This document shows positions 1-11,956 of a stretch of 64,000 nucleotides of DNA, piece by piece (position 1 is the first letter of the stretch; the number at the start of each line of letters is the position of its first letter). Source of the DNA: Octopus vulgaris (taxonomy: Eukaryota). Position numbers and translations under genes: made by a program. The notes under the pieces were generated by a model. It saw only the letters and a program-made list of their open reading frames with translations. It made no database searches and was not told the origin of the DNA. The stretch is taken from assembly GCA_951406725.2 (NCBI GenBank), contig OX597823.1:5332001-5396000 (forward strand), read 5' to 3'.

Positions 1-1900
1 TTAAACTGTATTGTCTTAAGAACACTGCTCTCTACACCCAAAAGGAGAAGTTAGCCTTTCTATGGGTCGTTGCAGTTCTCAGATGTTGAAAGTCCTGCAT
101 CTGAATTCTTCTCTTGCAGAAAGGGCAACTTCCTCTTAGGCTGAAGCTGGGTTTCTCTTCTTTGGGATACCTGTTGTTATTTTGTAGTTTGTGTTTCGAA
201 ACATGTTCTTGGCATCCAGTTCCAACTCTCCATACATATCCTGCAGAAAGTTTTCCAAAAAATCAATTAGATCCACCAATTTATTCAGATCGACATCAAC
301 TTCTTGAAAAGCTTTACTTTTACTGTTAAAACGTATAAGAATTAAATTCCGGATCTTAGCCACCAGTTTCAAGACAATCCATTTTATCAGTCAGTGTCTG
401 AGTTTCATATTTGTCACAAATCATTTTCAATATCTCTGAGTGCATTTTAATTGCAGCTGTATCCATCAATGGGGGCTTTAGTAGCATCAGCGCTTGCTGA
501 CCAATGAGTTTCTGACAAAAAATTCAAAGTTATTTCTCTTATTTCTTGCCAAAGATTTCATTAAATTTGCCAGTCTATGTGTTGAAATAGACAAAAAAGA
601 TATATAACCTTTGTCATGAAAGTCAAAATAGCCAACAGTTTCAACATAGCAAGAAACAACTCCTTGTCCAACAGGATTCAACAAATGAGTAATACAGGAA
701 ATGAAAACTGTTGGCTGAGTTCTTTTTCCTAAGCCTGATTTGCATTCCTGTGTAGTGACTGGACACGACTAGCATTATCAAAGCTACTTCCTGCAGTCTG
801 CAAACATTATACCCTTTTTGAAAGAAATTCTAACAGCGATACAGTCAATATTTTAGTTTTGTGAGAACCAGTGTATAGGAAAGTTAAAAACCTTTCTATT
901 GGCTTCTCAGAAATAACACACAATAACTGTTGGCAAATCAACATGATCCCTGTCTTGTTTTGAATCTACAGAGACTGAGAAATGCTTGGCAGTTTTAAGT
1001 TTTGCTACACTAAAAACAATTTCGGGGAAACAACAACTATCAGACAAGTAATACACCATGTGGTAGTGAAAATATTTCTAGCTGAGCCACACTTGGCATT
1101 TAGGGATAGTGAAGAGATCATAGGATCTAAGCCTAACAGGAATTTTTTTTAAATTATGGAACTTATTGCACAGTTTGATCCATTTCTGATGGGTCATTTG
1201 AATGCATTTGACAATCCTGGAAGGGATAAGCAGTCATACTTAACATTTATCATCCACAAAAAAACGTTTTGATGGTGGGAAAAGGTTATGAATCATACTG
1301 CAGCAAAACATTCCCTACATAAAAGATTGAACTGTGGCCTTGGTTTTGTTCATGGGTTCCCATTTTCTCCTCTTTTTTCCAATCATTAAATGCTTCCTTC
1401 TTGTAAAACCTGACATATCAGCTTGACATCAAAGTACAGTGAAAGCAATAAACTGTATCCTTTGAGGGGCTGTACAAGAACCACTGTCTCTAATGAAACT
1501 CCCTATTGTCGTGAATAGTATAGCAATTGCAGTTTACCTTCACCTAATTGATAATGGCATCAAGAATTGTTTTGACATCGAACTGATTTTGACTGAAACA
1601 ACATGGATACAATTTTCTCTGGCAAAAAAACACATGGCTGGGTCTAGATCCCATGATAGCATTTCACCATCCTTGATAGCAGGATGTGGTGATACTTCCT
1701 CTTCAATATTTCACTCTTGTTTATCTGCAGATGTACTTGGGAGTGTTGTTGGTTACCCAAAGGAAGGAATATCAGATACTGAGACTTCATTTAAAAATTT
1801 TTTTGAAGCAAAGAAAAAGGGAACTGCTATGTAGACTTTATTAAATCTTTCCTCAAGCATACTAAGCCAGGCAATTTACACGTACCTCTAGGGCAGATAA
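1..1900 (-). mobile_element. Decayed hAT (ZMYM1/DUF4371-like) transposase fossil; segment ~1020-1250 is inverted
   Basis: Minus-strand translation gives a TTF-type zinc finger (RQWFLYSPSKDTVYCFHCTL, ~1430-1490), FNDWK..HE (~1340-1395), a first catalytic Asp region (AKHFSVSVDS..DHVD..PIERFLTF, ~880-1005), DNAS (~770-785) and CITHLLNPVGQ (~665-700). Many stops and frameshifts. Confidence 0.8.
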
Positions 1901-2488
1901 GTAGGCCTGCAACCAAAATTAATCTAATGTTAATAGAAAGGAATTCAATGATTTACAGTGGATTAAGAATTTCATTCCCATAAAATTACTTTCCTTTAAA
2001 ATTATGCTTCACTTTGATGGGGCCCTAGAAATGAAGAAGCGCCAAAACACTTCAAAAGCAATAATTTGAAAAGGAATTATGTATTTCATGGAACTCTCTA
2101 AATGTTAAACAATCTTATGACATTTGCACTTACAACTCTACTTTCATCTGCAGATGTCACAATTCAAATTGTTTTGTGAAGGAAGAGTATAGTTTAGATT
2201 ACAACTGAAATATGTTGTTATGAATTTATTTATTTTTTTCTGTTCCAACACTTTTTGCAAGATATTGTTTTTTGTTTTTTTTTATCTACCTATTTTCAGC
2301 CAGGAACATAGTAGTAGACATCTGAAATCACAACTAGTGTGCAAGAGAGAGAGTTGAAAATTGGTGGTTAAAAACACCCTGAAAGATAAAGATTTATGGA
2401 AGTGAAAGTTTTTAGCAAAAGAGAAAATGGTGAACAACATAAGGCCAAATTATTTTTCATTTTAAACAACATGAAAATAACAAATTGT

Positions 2489-3133
2489 AAGACCCGGCAA
2501 GACTAGTGAAGCCATAACCCGTGGCCCCTACCTGGGACGTAGTCAGTCCACCTGTGCATACCTTCCTGCTTGTGACACTTGTGAAGACCTGTTGAGGCAA
2601 GTCAAATCAAAGTCAAATCGAATCAAGTCAAACCAAATCAAAATAGATGAACATCAATGGAATTTGTATCCTTGTGGTACCAGTGCCGGTGGCACATAAG
2701 AAAACCATCCGAACGGGACCGTAGCCAGTACCGCATCGACTGGCCTCCGTGCTGTGGACACGTAACAAACACCATCCGATCGTAGCCGTTCGCTAGCCTC
2801 GTCTGGCACCTGTGTTGGTGGCACATAAGAAAAACACCGAAAACACCATATCCGAGCGTGGCCGTCTGCCAGCCTCGTCTGGCACCTGTGTCGGTGGCAC
2901 ATAAAAAACACCATCCGAGTGTGGCCGTCTGCCAGCCTCGTCTGGCACCTGTGTCAGTGGCACATAAAATCACCCACTACACTCTCGGAGTGGTTGGCGT
3001 TAGGAAGGGCATCCAGCTGTAGAAACACTGCCAGATCTGACTGGCCTGGTGTAGCCTTCGGGCTTGCCAGACCCCAGTTGAACTGTCCAACCCATGCTAG
3101 CATGGAAAGCGGACGTTAAACGATGATGATGAT
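2489..3133 (+). mobile_element. 5'-truncated RTE-clade LINE (ORF end plus 3' UTR with internal tandem repeats)
   Basis: Begins with AAGACCCGGCAAG..AGTGA, which resembles the ORF end of the RTE copies at ~40180-40620 and ~52040. Ends CCAACCCATGCTAGCATGGAAAGCGGACGTTAAAC(GAT)n. CpGs are retained, suggesting a young copy. Confidence 0.7.
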
Positions 3134-4365
3134 GTAATATACTGAATAGATTAAATACAGAAACAATTTAAAATATTTTTGAAAAATGCACAGCAAATTA
3201 TAATACATCAAAAGCATAAAATATTGAGGTCATCATGCGCTTTAATGACATATAACTGAAATATCAATGAAAATTAAACCAACAATAACGATATGAGGTT
3301 CTTGAGAAGACCCACCCACGTCAGTGAAGCTGTATTCTAGAAGTGCTGTGTGTTCCACCCACATTAAACAAGAAAACTTTTCACACACTCTACCTCAACA
3401 AACCAAGCTACATCTCTACATCTCTTCCTTACATTTCCTCTTTCATGCACTATCCTTACCTCTCACTCCTCAAGCCCCCTCCTTCTATATATCCAGGTTT
3501 TCACCACTCACTGCATTCACCTCTCCATCCCTAATCATGCTTCTTTGGCAATGTCCTGCCCGAACCTCAAGGGTATGCCCTGGCACTTGCCTCCATCTAT
3601 CTCACTCTCTGTTTTTACTTGACCATCCCATTTATATTCTGATCCCTGTCCCTTGTGAGTATGCCTGGCACTTTGCCACCAATACTATCCTGCTGTCTCC
3701 CACTCTCTCTCTCTCCCTCTCCTCCTCCTGCTCTTCCCTCAGGTTGGGTAACCATGTATCTCCTTTATAGTAGCACACCTGTTTCTTTTCTCATTCCTGA
3801 TCTCTCTACAGCAAGACACCTGTTTCTGTCCCTCTGTCTCACTATAACCTTTCATCATCTGACACAAGATCACCTCCTCCCCTCGCAAATGATCTTTGTC
3901 TTGCAAGTTACTTGGTGACCCTGTCAGTGCAGGTTCCATTTAAAAAGCATTCAGTCCACTCAGCTGAGAGGTTGATGTTAGGAAGGGCATCCAGCTGTAA
4001 AAATCCTGCCAAAACAGACAAAGAATCCTGGGCCTGGCTACCCTGTCCCACCCATGCCTGTATGGAAGGCAGATGTTAAACAATGATGTACAAAAATAAT
4101 TTGACTGCCCTGAATGACCAAAAAGAATAAGTTGCTGCATGAAAGTAGGTTTTTCTTACAGATTTCTCTCTCATTCTTAAACAGTATCCTTTAGTTAATT
4201 TATTAAGGTAGCATTGGAGAAAATAAGACATTTATTATAAATCAGGGTAGTCAAGTTATTGTTTGTACATTTCCCATTATTGCCAGCTTCAATTCCACAT
4301 TTCACTTTTATGTCTCTTAATCAAAAGCGCTTCATTACAAGACAACTCCCTCACTAACAAAAAAC

Positions 4366-4582
4366 TCATTTAGACCAATGTTTCAGCAGATGCCATTTTG
4401 ATAGACAAAAGTGAAACAGGAATTCTAAGCAAAAGGATTGCCCAGTCTTGGTTTTCTGAGCAACTAAAATTTTCACAAGGACTGCTAGTATTAATGAAAG
4501 TAGTAAAACAAAAACATAATGATTCCTGCATGGATGTTTAGCAGCGTTATAGGCCTCATAGTAAAGCTGTATACTGGGGTCC
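4366..4582 (-). CDS. Candidate terminal coding exon of an unidentified minus-strand gene
   Basis: Acceptor TGTGTTTGCAG, then 71 open codons (DPSIQLYYEAYNAAKHPCRNHYVFVLLLSLILAVLVKILVAQ...WSK*) including a hydrophobic stretch. In phase with the candidate exon at 4742-4802. AATAAA lies downstream at ~4230 and ~4200. No homology recognised. Confidence 0.3.
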
Positions 4583-4741
4583 CTGCAAACACAATCACCA
4601 TAAAAATGGTAATTTATATAAACGGAATATTAGAGAAAGAAACTGAAGTTCTAAAACAATCAAAAACATAGAATAAAGAATTTGATTTTATTAAAAAATC
4701 TCCCCTCTCTAGGATGGTTGCCAAAGCATTATGACCTATAC

Positions 4742-4802
4742 CTTAAAAACAGAATTTTGGAGAAATATTTTTCCAGTATGGTAATTTCAACTGTTTCATT
4801 AA
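4742..4802 (-). CDS. Candidate 61-nt internal exon
   Basis: Long polypyrimidine tract ending TTCCAG and donor AAG|GTATAG. Reads NETVEITILEKYFSKILFL with a phase-2 join into 4582. Confidence 0.3.
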
Positions 4803-5469
4803 CTGGAACAGTACAAAGAAGAAAAAAAATAAAATAAAATAAAAAAATAAAGGGAAAAAAAGAGAAAGAAAAAGATTTGTTTAACGAAAGATAAATTTTA
4901 ATATGTCATATTCCAAAGTTGGGAAAATGGATAAACTGTTTTTAGCTGTTGCAAGATATAATTTTATCCAAGTATAACACTGACTTTCCTGACATTGATG
5001 GTCCAGAATCTGCTATAATTCATACTAATTTGCACTAATTTATTTCATTTAATTATTTAAGCAAAATAATATTTGTTTAAATTAGAACATGCTGACCAAG
5101 GAGACCACCTCTAGTTGGAAAAAATCAGAAATTCAGAACGGTTTTGGAACTAAAGCCCCCAGAAAATCAATGTTTTACTGTAATTGTAACTGTAAATTCA
5201 AAATCAAAATTTTGGAAGTTATGACGTTCTTTGCTTGTTCTAAATAAGACCAGCCTATCAAATGGTTTTGATGTCAAACTGAATATTGAAATTAAGGTGC
5301 AGTAGTATGTGTGTGTGTGTGTGTGTATGCCTGTGTGTTTAATCATAAGTACTAAAACCAGTGGTTAGTACAGCCACCCACCGAAGAGGGTGGGAGCAAT
5401 ATTAGAGACAGCAAAGGCAATTTCCACTTTTGCCCCACATTGCCATGGGCACAGGTGTGATTGTGAGGC

Positions 5470-5810
5470 ACAGGCATGGCTCTAAAGTGTGGGCATGACT
5501 GTTTGGTTAAGAAGATTGTTTCCAAACCATGTGGTTTCAAAATCAGTCCCATTGCATGACTCCTTAAGCAAACTTTAAAAGAAGCCTGTTGTGTGTGTGC
5601 ATGCACATGCACTCATGTGATGGTTATAAGCAAGAATTACTATCATACAAAGAAAGTTGTTCATTTCTAGTCTTCTGTGAAACATATGTCTGGCAATGGG
5701 GAAATATAACTTTGCATGTAACTAAGTGAAGGCTGGCAACAAGAAGGGTATCTAGCTGTAGAAAATCTGCCTCAGCATGGAAAAGTGGACATCAAAATGA
5801 TGATGATGAA
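5470..5810 (+). mobile_element. Decayed tRNA-derived SINE with RTE-type (GAT)n tail
   Basis: Head similar to the copies at 9165 and 20938-21341; tail GCATGGAAAAGTGGACATCAAAA(TGA)n. Confidence 0.6.
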
Positions 5811-6835
5811 GAGGGACTTTGCAAGTCTTCTCAGACTAGTAAGATCGGTTTGGTTGACACTTTCTATCCAGATCAGTATTTGGAAACGGCAATAAGGGCA
5901 TAAGCAAGGAAATTCTTGTAGGAATACAATTTAGGAAGGAAAATTAAGCAAATAATTTTTTTACAGTACTTAAAGAAGGCAAAGGAACACATCTTCTGTT
6001 GTATTGCTAGTTCTAGTCAAAATCCTCAGTGATATTTGGAGTTTGATTTCATTGTCAGCAACCATTTTCAGCCCAAACCTCGGGAATGAAGTTCATGGAA
6101 GTAGGCCATGCAAAGATTTTAGCTCAATATACAAAGAGCTGGAATAAATGCCCCAAAACATTTGGTTCAACATTCATATAGTTTCACCAGTCCACCATCT
6201 TGGATTGCTACCTTTTTATCAGCCCCAAAAGGACGAAAGGCAAAGTTGATCTCAGCATGTTTTGAACTCAGAGCATAGAGAATCAAAGCAAATGCCACAA
6301 AGTATTCTGGCTAACTCTCTAACAATGAAATGTGAACCAAAAAAAGTTCTAGTTGACAATTCTGCGAAGAAGAACAAGAAGAACAAGAAGACTATGATTA
6401 CTATTGCCAACAAGAGAGAGTTCCTGCTGTCACCAGAGTTTGCTCTAACTAATGACTACTGATGTTAGTAGAAGTAGCAGAGGAGCATAAGGCAATAACA
6501 AAAAAAGAGGGTGACAATAGGGTATAAATTCCAGCAGAGACGCTTGGTAATTCTTTGTGGCAAATGTATGCAAGTCTCCTGTAACACAAACAATAAAAGA
6601 TCTCAAAAGTTTCAGAAAAGACAAGCACAGCTGTGACATGCTTACAAACATTCTAGCCAATAAATATAGGAAAGAACAAAATCAGATGCAGAAGGGTGCC
6701 ATCTGTCTATATATTGCCATTGTTTAAGTTTAAATTGATCATCAATAATGTTAGCTTTGTCAATTTGAATTAGTTATGGACACTGCCTCTCTAATACAGA
6801 CTGGTAGAATAACAACAACAACAACAACAATACTT

Positions 6836-7045
6836 TCTACAATAGGCACAAGACCAGCAATTTTGAGGAAGGGGCTAAGTTGATTACACTCACTCCAGTG
6901 CTCAACTGGTACCTTATTTTATCAACCTTGAAAGGATGAAAGTCAAAGTTGACCGTGGCAGAATTTGAACTTAAAACGTAAACATATACGAAATGCTTAG
7001 TAGCATTTTGCCTGGCAGGGTAATGACTCTGCCAGCTCACCACCT
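6836..7045 (-). mobile_element. tRNA-derived SINE with Meta-like central domain
   Basis: Reverse complement reads GGTGGTGAGCTGGCAGA...GTTCAAATTC...CTTTCATCCTTTCAAGGTTGATAAAATAAGGTACCAG. Related fragments at ~6215-6320, ~13085-13225, ~41140-41360 and ~54118-54310. Confidence 0.65.
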
Positions 7046-7165
7046 TGTTGTTGTTGATGATGATGATGATGATAATAAAATGAGGTGTGAAATAGAAAAG
7101 ACTGGAAAACAGTGCCCTGGTGTAGTCCACTTGTAAGGTATCTTGCAAAAGGCTTTACTGTGGCA

Positions 7166-8046
7166 TTAGGGTTGTTAAATAGTTATTGATGAATAACATT
7201 TGCTGGGCTATGTGTTACAATCAGAGATTTTGCACTAAAATTTAATGTGTCATGTTCAACTATCCATGAACATCTCAAGCAAATTGGGAAAATATGCAAA
7301 GAGGGAATGTGGGTCCCACATGAGCTTACACTTGGGAACCGAGCACAATGTTTCACAATCTGCAGCAGTCTTCTAACCAGGAATAACAACCTGTCATTTC
7401 TGTTACAGGTGATGAAAAATGGGTTTTGCATCATAGGAGAAAACAAAAGAGACAATGGTTATCATGTAATTGTTTTAGACCAGTGCCAAAACTCCATCCA
7501 CAAATATCCTTGCTCTGTATTTGGTGGAACATGAAAAGTATTGTCCATTATAAGCCACTGGTACATGGAAGGATCATCAATGCAGAAGTTTATTGCCAAT
7601 AACTTGTGTAAATGAAAAATTATGATGAAAGTGACCAGCTTTGGTAGACAGGAAAGGTGTTATCTTCCAGTGTGCACGGCCACACTCTTCAAAACAAACC
7701 CAAGAAAAAATAAGATCATTAGGATAGAAAATTCTTCCACATCCTCCATACTCACCCAACTTAGCACCTATGGATTTCTATCTGTTCCAATCACTAGAAC
7801 ATTTTATAAGAGGCAAAACATTCAGAAACAGAGAGGAAGTTGAAAACAGTTTTTCAGACTTTTTTCCAGAAAAAGAAATAGGTTTCTTTGAATGTGGCAT
7901 AAAACAGTTACTTCCCCATTTGGCTGCAGTCATTGAAAACGATAGTGATTACATTCTTGATTAAAACTATTATTCAGATAAAAGTAGTTTACATTTGTTT
8001 TAATATCCTTTCTGGTAAAACCCAATTGCTTCCTGAACACCCTATT
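7166..8046 (+). mobile_element. Decayed mariner (DD34D-type) element
   Basis: WVPHEL motif, HPPYSPNLAPMDFYLFQSL region across frames, and right end CAATTGCTTCCTGAACACCCTATTA. Same family as 35158-35930. Confidence 0.85.
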
Positions 8047-9164
8047 ATATAACAGTTGAATAAATAGAACAGTATTCAAGAAATATCAGATGGAATAAGT
8101 ACAAGTTTTCAATACATAATATGCTGAATAGTAATATGAAGACAATTCATAATTAAAAAGACAAATTAGAGACAAAGTGCCTGACATAGCTTTGAACATC
8201 TCAGACCATCCCAAGCAGAACAAGTAGTAAAAGTGAGAATGCCTATCATGGAAGATTCCAACTCACTTAGTTACACACCAGTCTGATAGGTTGAGTCATA
8301 TTTGTATGGTGACAAAATTGTTTATAACTGGCAGTGTGGGGCCATGGTCCTGACCTGAGAAACATAAGCACTATGGTTGAACTCAGCAGCAACATCACTA
8401 CAAGTCATATGAAAGTGTCAAAAATATATATACATAAATTTTGAGGCTCTAAGCTTCAGCCTACCAATCTATAAATATACCTGGCACTGAATGCAAAACA
8501 AGAGAAATTCAAATTATAATAATGTCTGGTTTCAAACTCCAAAATCTTTCAAATAAATTAAAAAAAAGTGCATATGAAGCATATCTAGTCTTTTGAAAAT
8601 TCTGTTTTCTGCCATTTTTCCAAATTGCTATAACCCTCTTATGACCATATCTAAAATAAAGTACATTATCCATTATGGATTCAGCAACATGACAAAACCT
8701 TACATCATCAAAGCTGGTCTTTGAAACAACTTAACATAAAATTATGATTAGAAGGCTTATACTGAAATACAAACACTTCAAAATGCTCAATTTTGTATTT
8801 TTGTGTTACAAGACTAAGGCAGTGTCACACAGGTTGGTATCAAAAGAGATAAGTACACACACATATAATGTGTGTGTGTGTGTAAAGAGATGATGCATAA
8901 GGTATAAAAAAATCTATATATCAACAGTAATTGATAGCTCAATTCAGAATAGATCATTAAAGGCTAGCACATTATAACATTGCAGTAAATCCAGTGGAAA
9001 CAGCTTGTATGTCTACATATAATTAGCTAAAATGTTCCTTAAGATGAAAATATATTTAGAATAAAGGGGGAAAAAAAAAAAAGAAAGTATTTCACAGATA
9101 GATCATAAAATAGCTGTTGAAAGTAATTAAATCATGATCTGTCTGTGAAATTTATACTTTTCTG

Positions 9165-9580
9165 TATGGCTACATGGCTGAGAAATTTGCTTCCCGACCA
9201 CTTGGTTCTGGGTTCCATCACACTTTATGGCACCTTGGGCAAATGTCTCCTGCTGTATAGACTTGGGCTGATCAAAGCCTTGTGAATGAATTTGGTTGAT
9301 GGAAACTGAATGAAGCTCATCATGTGTGTGTGTGAGAGTTGGTGCCTCTTTGTCTAGACATTGCATTATTGTCATAAATGAGCATCACCATCATACCAGT
9401 GGTGACCTTCATTTCTAAACTTCTGTGAAAACATGATTAGCCATGGGAAAATATTACTTTACTTTGAAACAAGTGAAGATTAGTGACAGGAAGAACATGC
9501 AATTTTAGAAAATCTGCCTCAACAAATTCCGTCCAACCCATTTAACCATAGAAAGGGGGATGTTAAAACGATGATGATGA
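9165..9580 (+). mobile_element. tRNA-derived SINE (CORE-like body, RTE-type tail)
   Basis: Box A/B-like head TGGCTACATGG...GGTTCCATCAC, body CCTTGGGCAAATGTCT, internal (TG)n and (GAT)n tail. Confidence 0.7.
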
Positions 9581-9962
9581 TATCATCTTCATTTTTTTTT
9601 TAATATCCACTTTTCTGGAATTTACTGAGGCAAATTTTCTATAGCTGGATGCCCTTCTTATCACCAACACTCACCTGATTCCAGGCAAGGTAATATTTCC
9701 CCATGGTTAGACATATTTCTCATGGGGGACTAGAAAATGCCACTTGTATGATGGTGATGCTTGTTTACACCCATCACATGATGTCGAGACAAGGGAACTC
9801 AGACACAAAAACAGACATGAGAACACACACACACTATGGGCTTCTGTTTACCAAACTCAACCTAAGATTATAGTAGAACTCACCTGCCTAAGGTGTAGCA
9901 CAAGGGGACTGAATCTGAGACTACATGGTTGAGAAGCAAGCCACTCAACCACACCAGCACCT
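9581..9962 (-). mobile_element. Second copy of the same SINE family, inverted and tail-to-tail with 9165-9580
   Basis: Reverse complement matches the head, body and tail of the adjacent copy; junction GATGATGATATCATC. Confidence 0.7.
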
Positions 9963-10356
9963 AATATATAACACACATGTGTGCATGTGACCTTACCTAC
10001 CCATTCACCCTGTCTAATCCTGTTCTGCTTCTCTTATATTTCCCATCCTGTACCTTATAGGTATATCCTGACACCTTCACCACCATCTTTCTCTCTTTCC
10101 TGCTGGGATAGTCATGCATCTCCTCTACAGCAACACATCTGTTCCTGTCCCTCTATCATACTTTAACTCTTCACCACCTACCATAAAGCCATCTCCCTCA
10201 ATAATACACTCCATTCAGTTGAGGGGTTCTCTTATCTTGTGAGTTACTTGGTGACCTCACTAGTGCCAGTAGCACAGAAAAAAAGCACTTGGTACACACT
10301 GTAAAGTGGTTGCAATTAGGAAGAGCATGCAGCCATAGAATCTAAGCCAAAGTGGA

Positions 10357-10725
10357 AGCACTCCGTCGGTTATGACGACGAGAGTTCCGGTTGATCCGAT
10401 CAACGGAACAGCCTGCTCGTGAAATTAACGTGTAAGTGGCTGAGCACTCCACAGACACGTGTACCCTTAACGTAGTTCTCGGGGATATTCAGCGTGACAC
10501 AGAGAGTGACAAGGCCGTCCCTTTGAAATACAGGTACAACAGAAACAGGAAGTAAGAGTGAGAGAAAGTTGTGGTGAAAGAGTACAGCAGGGATCACCAC
10601 CATCCCCTGCCGGAGCCTCGTGGAGCTTTTAGGTATTTTCGCTCAATAAACACTCACAACACCCGGTCTGGGAATCGAAACCGCGATCCTATGACCGCGA
10701 GTCCGCTGCCCTAACCACTGGGCCA
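10357..10725 (-). mobile_element. Young tRNA-derived SINE inserted into an RTE-type tail
   Basis: Reverse complement head TGGCCCAGTGGTTAGGGCAGCGGACTCGCGGTC...GGTTTCGATTCCC. Flanked by a near-identical duplication GCCAAAGT(G/A)GA. CpG-rich. Confidence 0.8.
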
Positions 10726-11064
10726 AAGTAGACATTGGAGCTCAGTATAACTCATTAATTCCAGGCAAATTGTCCAAACCATGCCAGCATAGAAAACGGT
10801 GTGATTGACATAATGCGATACACTAACCTTGTTCATTCATGCTGGAATACATGCATCTTTTCTTTGTTTTTGTTTTTTTCAGGGTGAGGGTGGAGGGAGA
10901 GGGGGAAGGAAGTGAAAATTCCAATTTTGGGTGAAGGACAAAAGAAGTTGAGAAACACTGATATAGAGTTTAGACGAACAGCTCTTCAATAAGCAGTAAA
11001 CCTTTCCTTGTATAATAATAATCTAATATAATAATGAGCATAGTGTTTTTATATATTGGTATTC

Positions 11065-11475
11065 TTTTTTCTTTTACTTGTTTCAGTCATTTGACTGCAG
11101 CCATGCTGGAGCACTGCCTTTAGTCAAGCAAATCGACCCCAGGATTTATTCTTTGTAAGCCTAGTACTTATTCTATCAGTCTCTTTTGTCAAACTGCTAA
11201 GTTACAGGGATATAAACACACCAGCATTGGTGGTCAAGTGATTTTGGGGGGACAAACACAGACACACAAACATATGCGCACACATACACACACACACACA
11301 CACATATATATATATTGGCTTCTTTCAGTTTCTGTCTACCAAATCCACTCACAAGGCCTTGGTTGCCTCGGGGCTATAGTAGAAGACACTTGCCCAAGGT
11401 GCCACACTGTTGGACTGAATTCAGAACCATGTAGTTGGTAAGCAAGCTACTTACCACACAGCCACTCCTGCACCT
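11065..11475 (-). mobile_element. tRNA-derived SINE (CORE-like body, CR1-group-type tail)
   Basis: Collinear with the full-length copy at 20938-21341. Confidence 0.8.
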
Positions 11476-11922
11476 ATATTTATATATTTGCCCAAAATCA
11501 CACAGGATGGTGAAGGGAGAACAGAGAAAACTGTAATTCAGTGAAGGAGAAGTAGTGAGAATAATAGCCATGACTGAGAAGGAGTGAGTGAAAGTAATAG
11601 CAATGAGAGAGAGGCAGTGGCAAATGGCAAAGAGAGTGTCATGTGTCTTCTTTCTCTGTCACAACATATGAATGAGAAAGGAAGGGGTGATCTACTGATG
11701 GAAGTGGGATGGTGAAAAAGTCAATGATGAAACAAAAATCAAACAGCACTTTAACTCTGCGTGAGTATATGTGTGTGTTTGTAAAAGGGAGGAATGTGAA
11801 TGTTTGTGTGTGCGTGTGTTTATGTAAAATATATTTATATATTTGAGTGAGTGTGTATGTGTTTGTGTAATATTTGTTTAGAAAGATACATAGAAAATAG
11901 AATTACAGACACACGTGCATTT

Positions 11923-11955
<33 letters not shown>

Positions 11956-11956
11956 C

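Noticed and set aside
2675-2975. CRISPR-like repeat-spacer appearance
   Set aside because: The intervening sequences are themselves repeated, the context is a eukaryotic LINE 3' UTR, and there are no cas genes.
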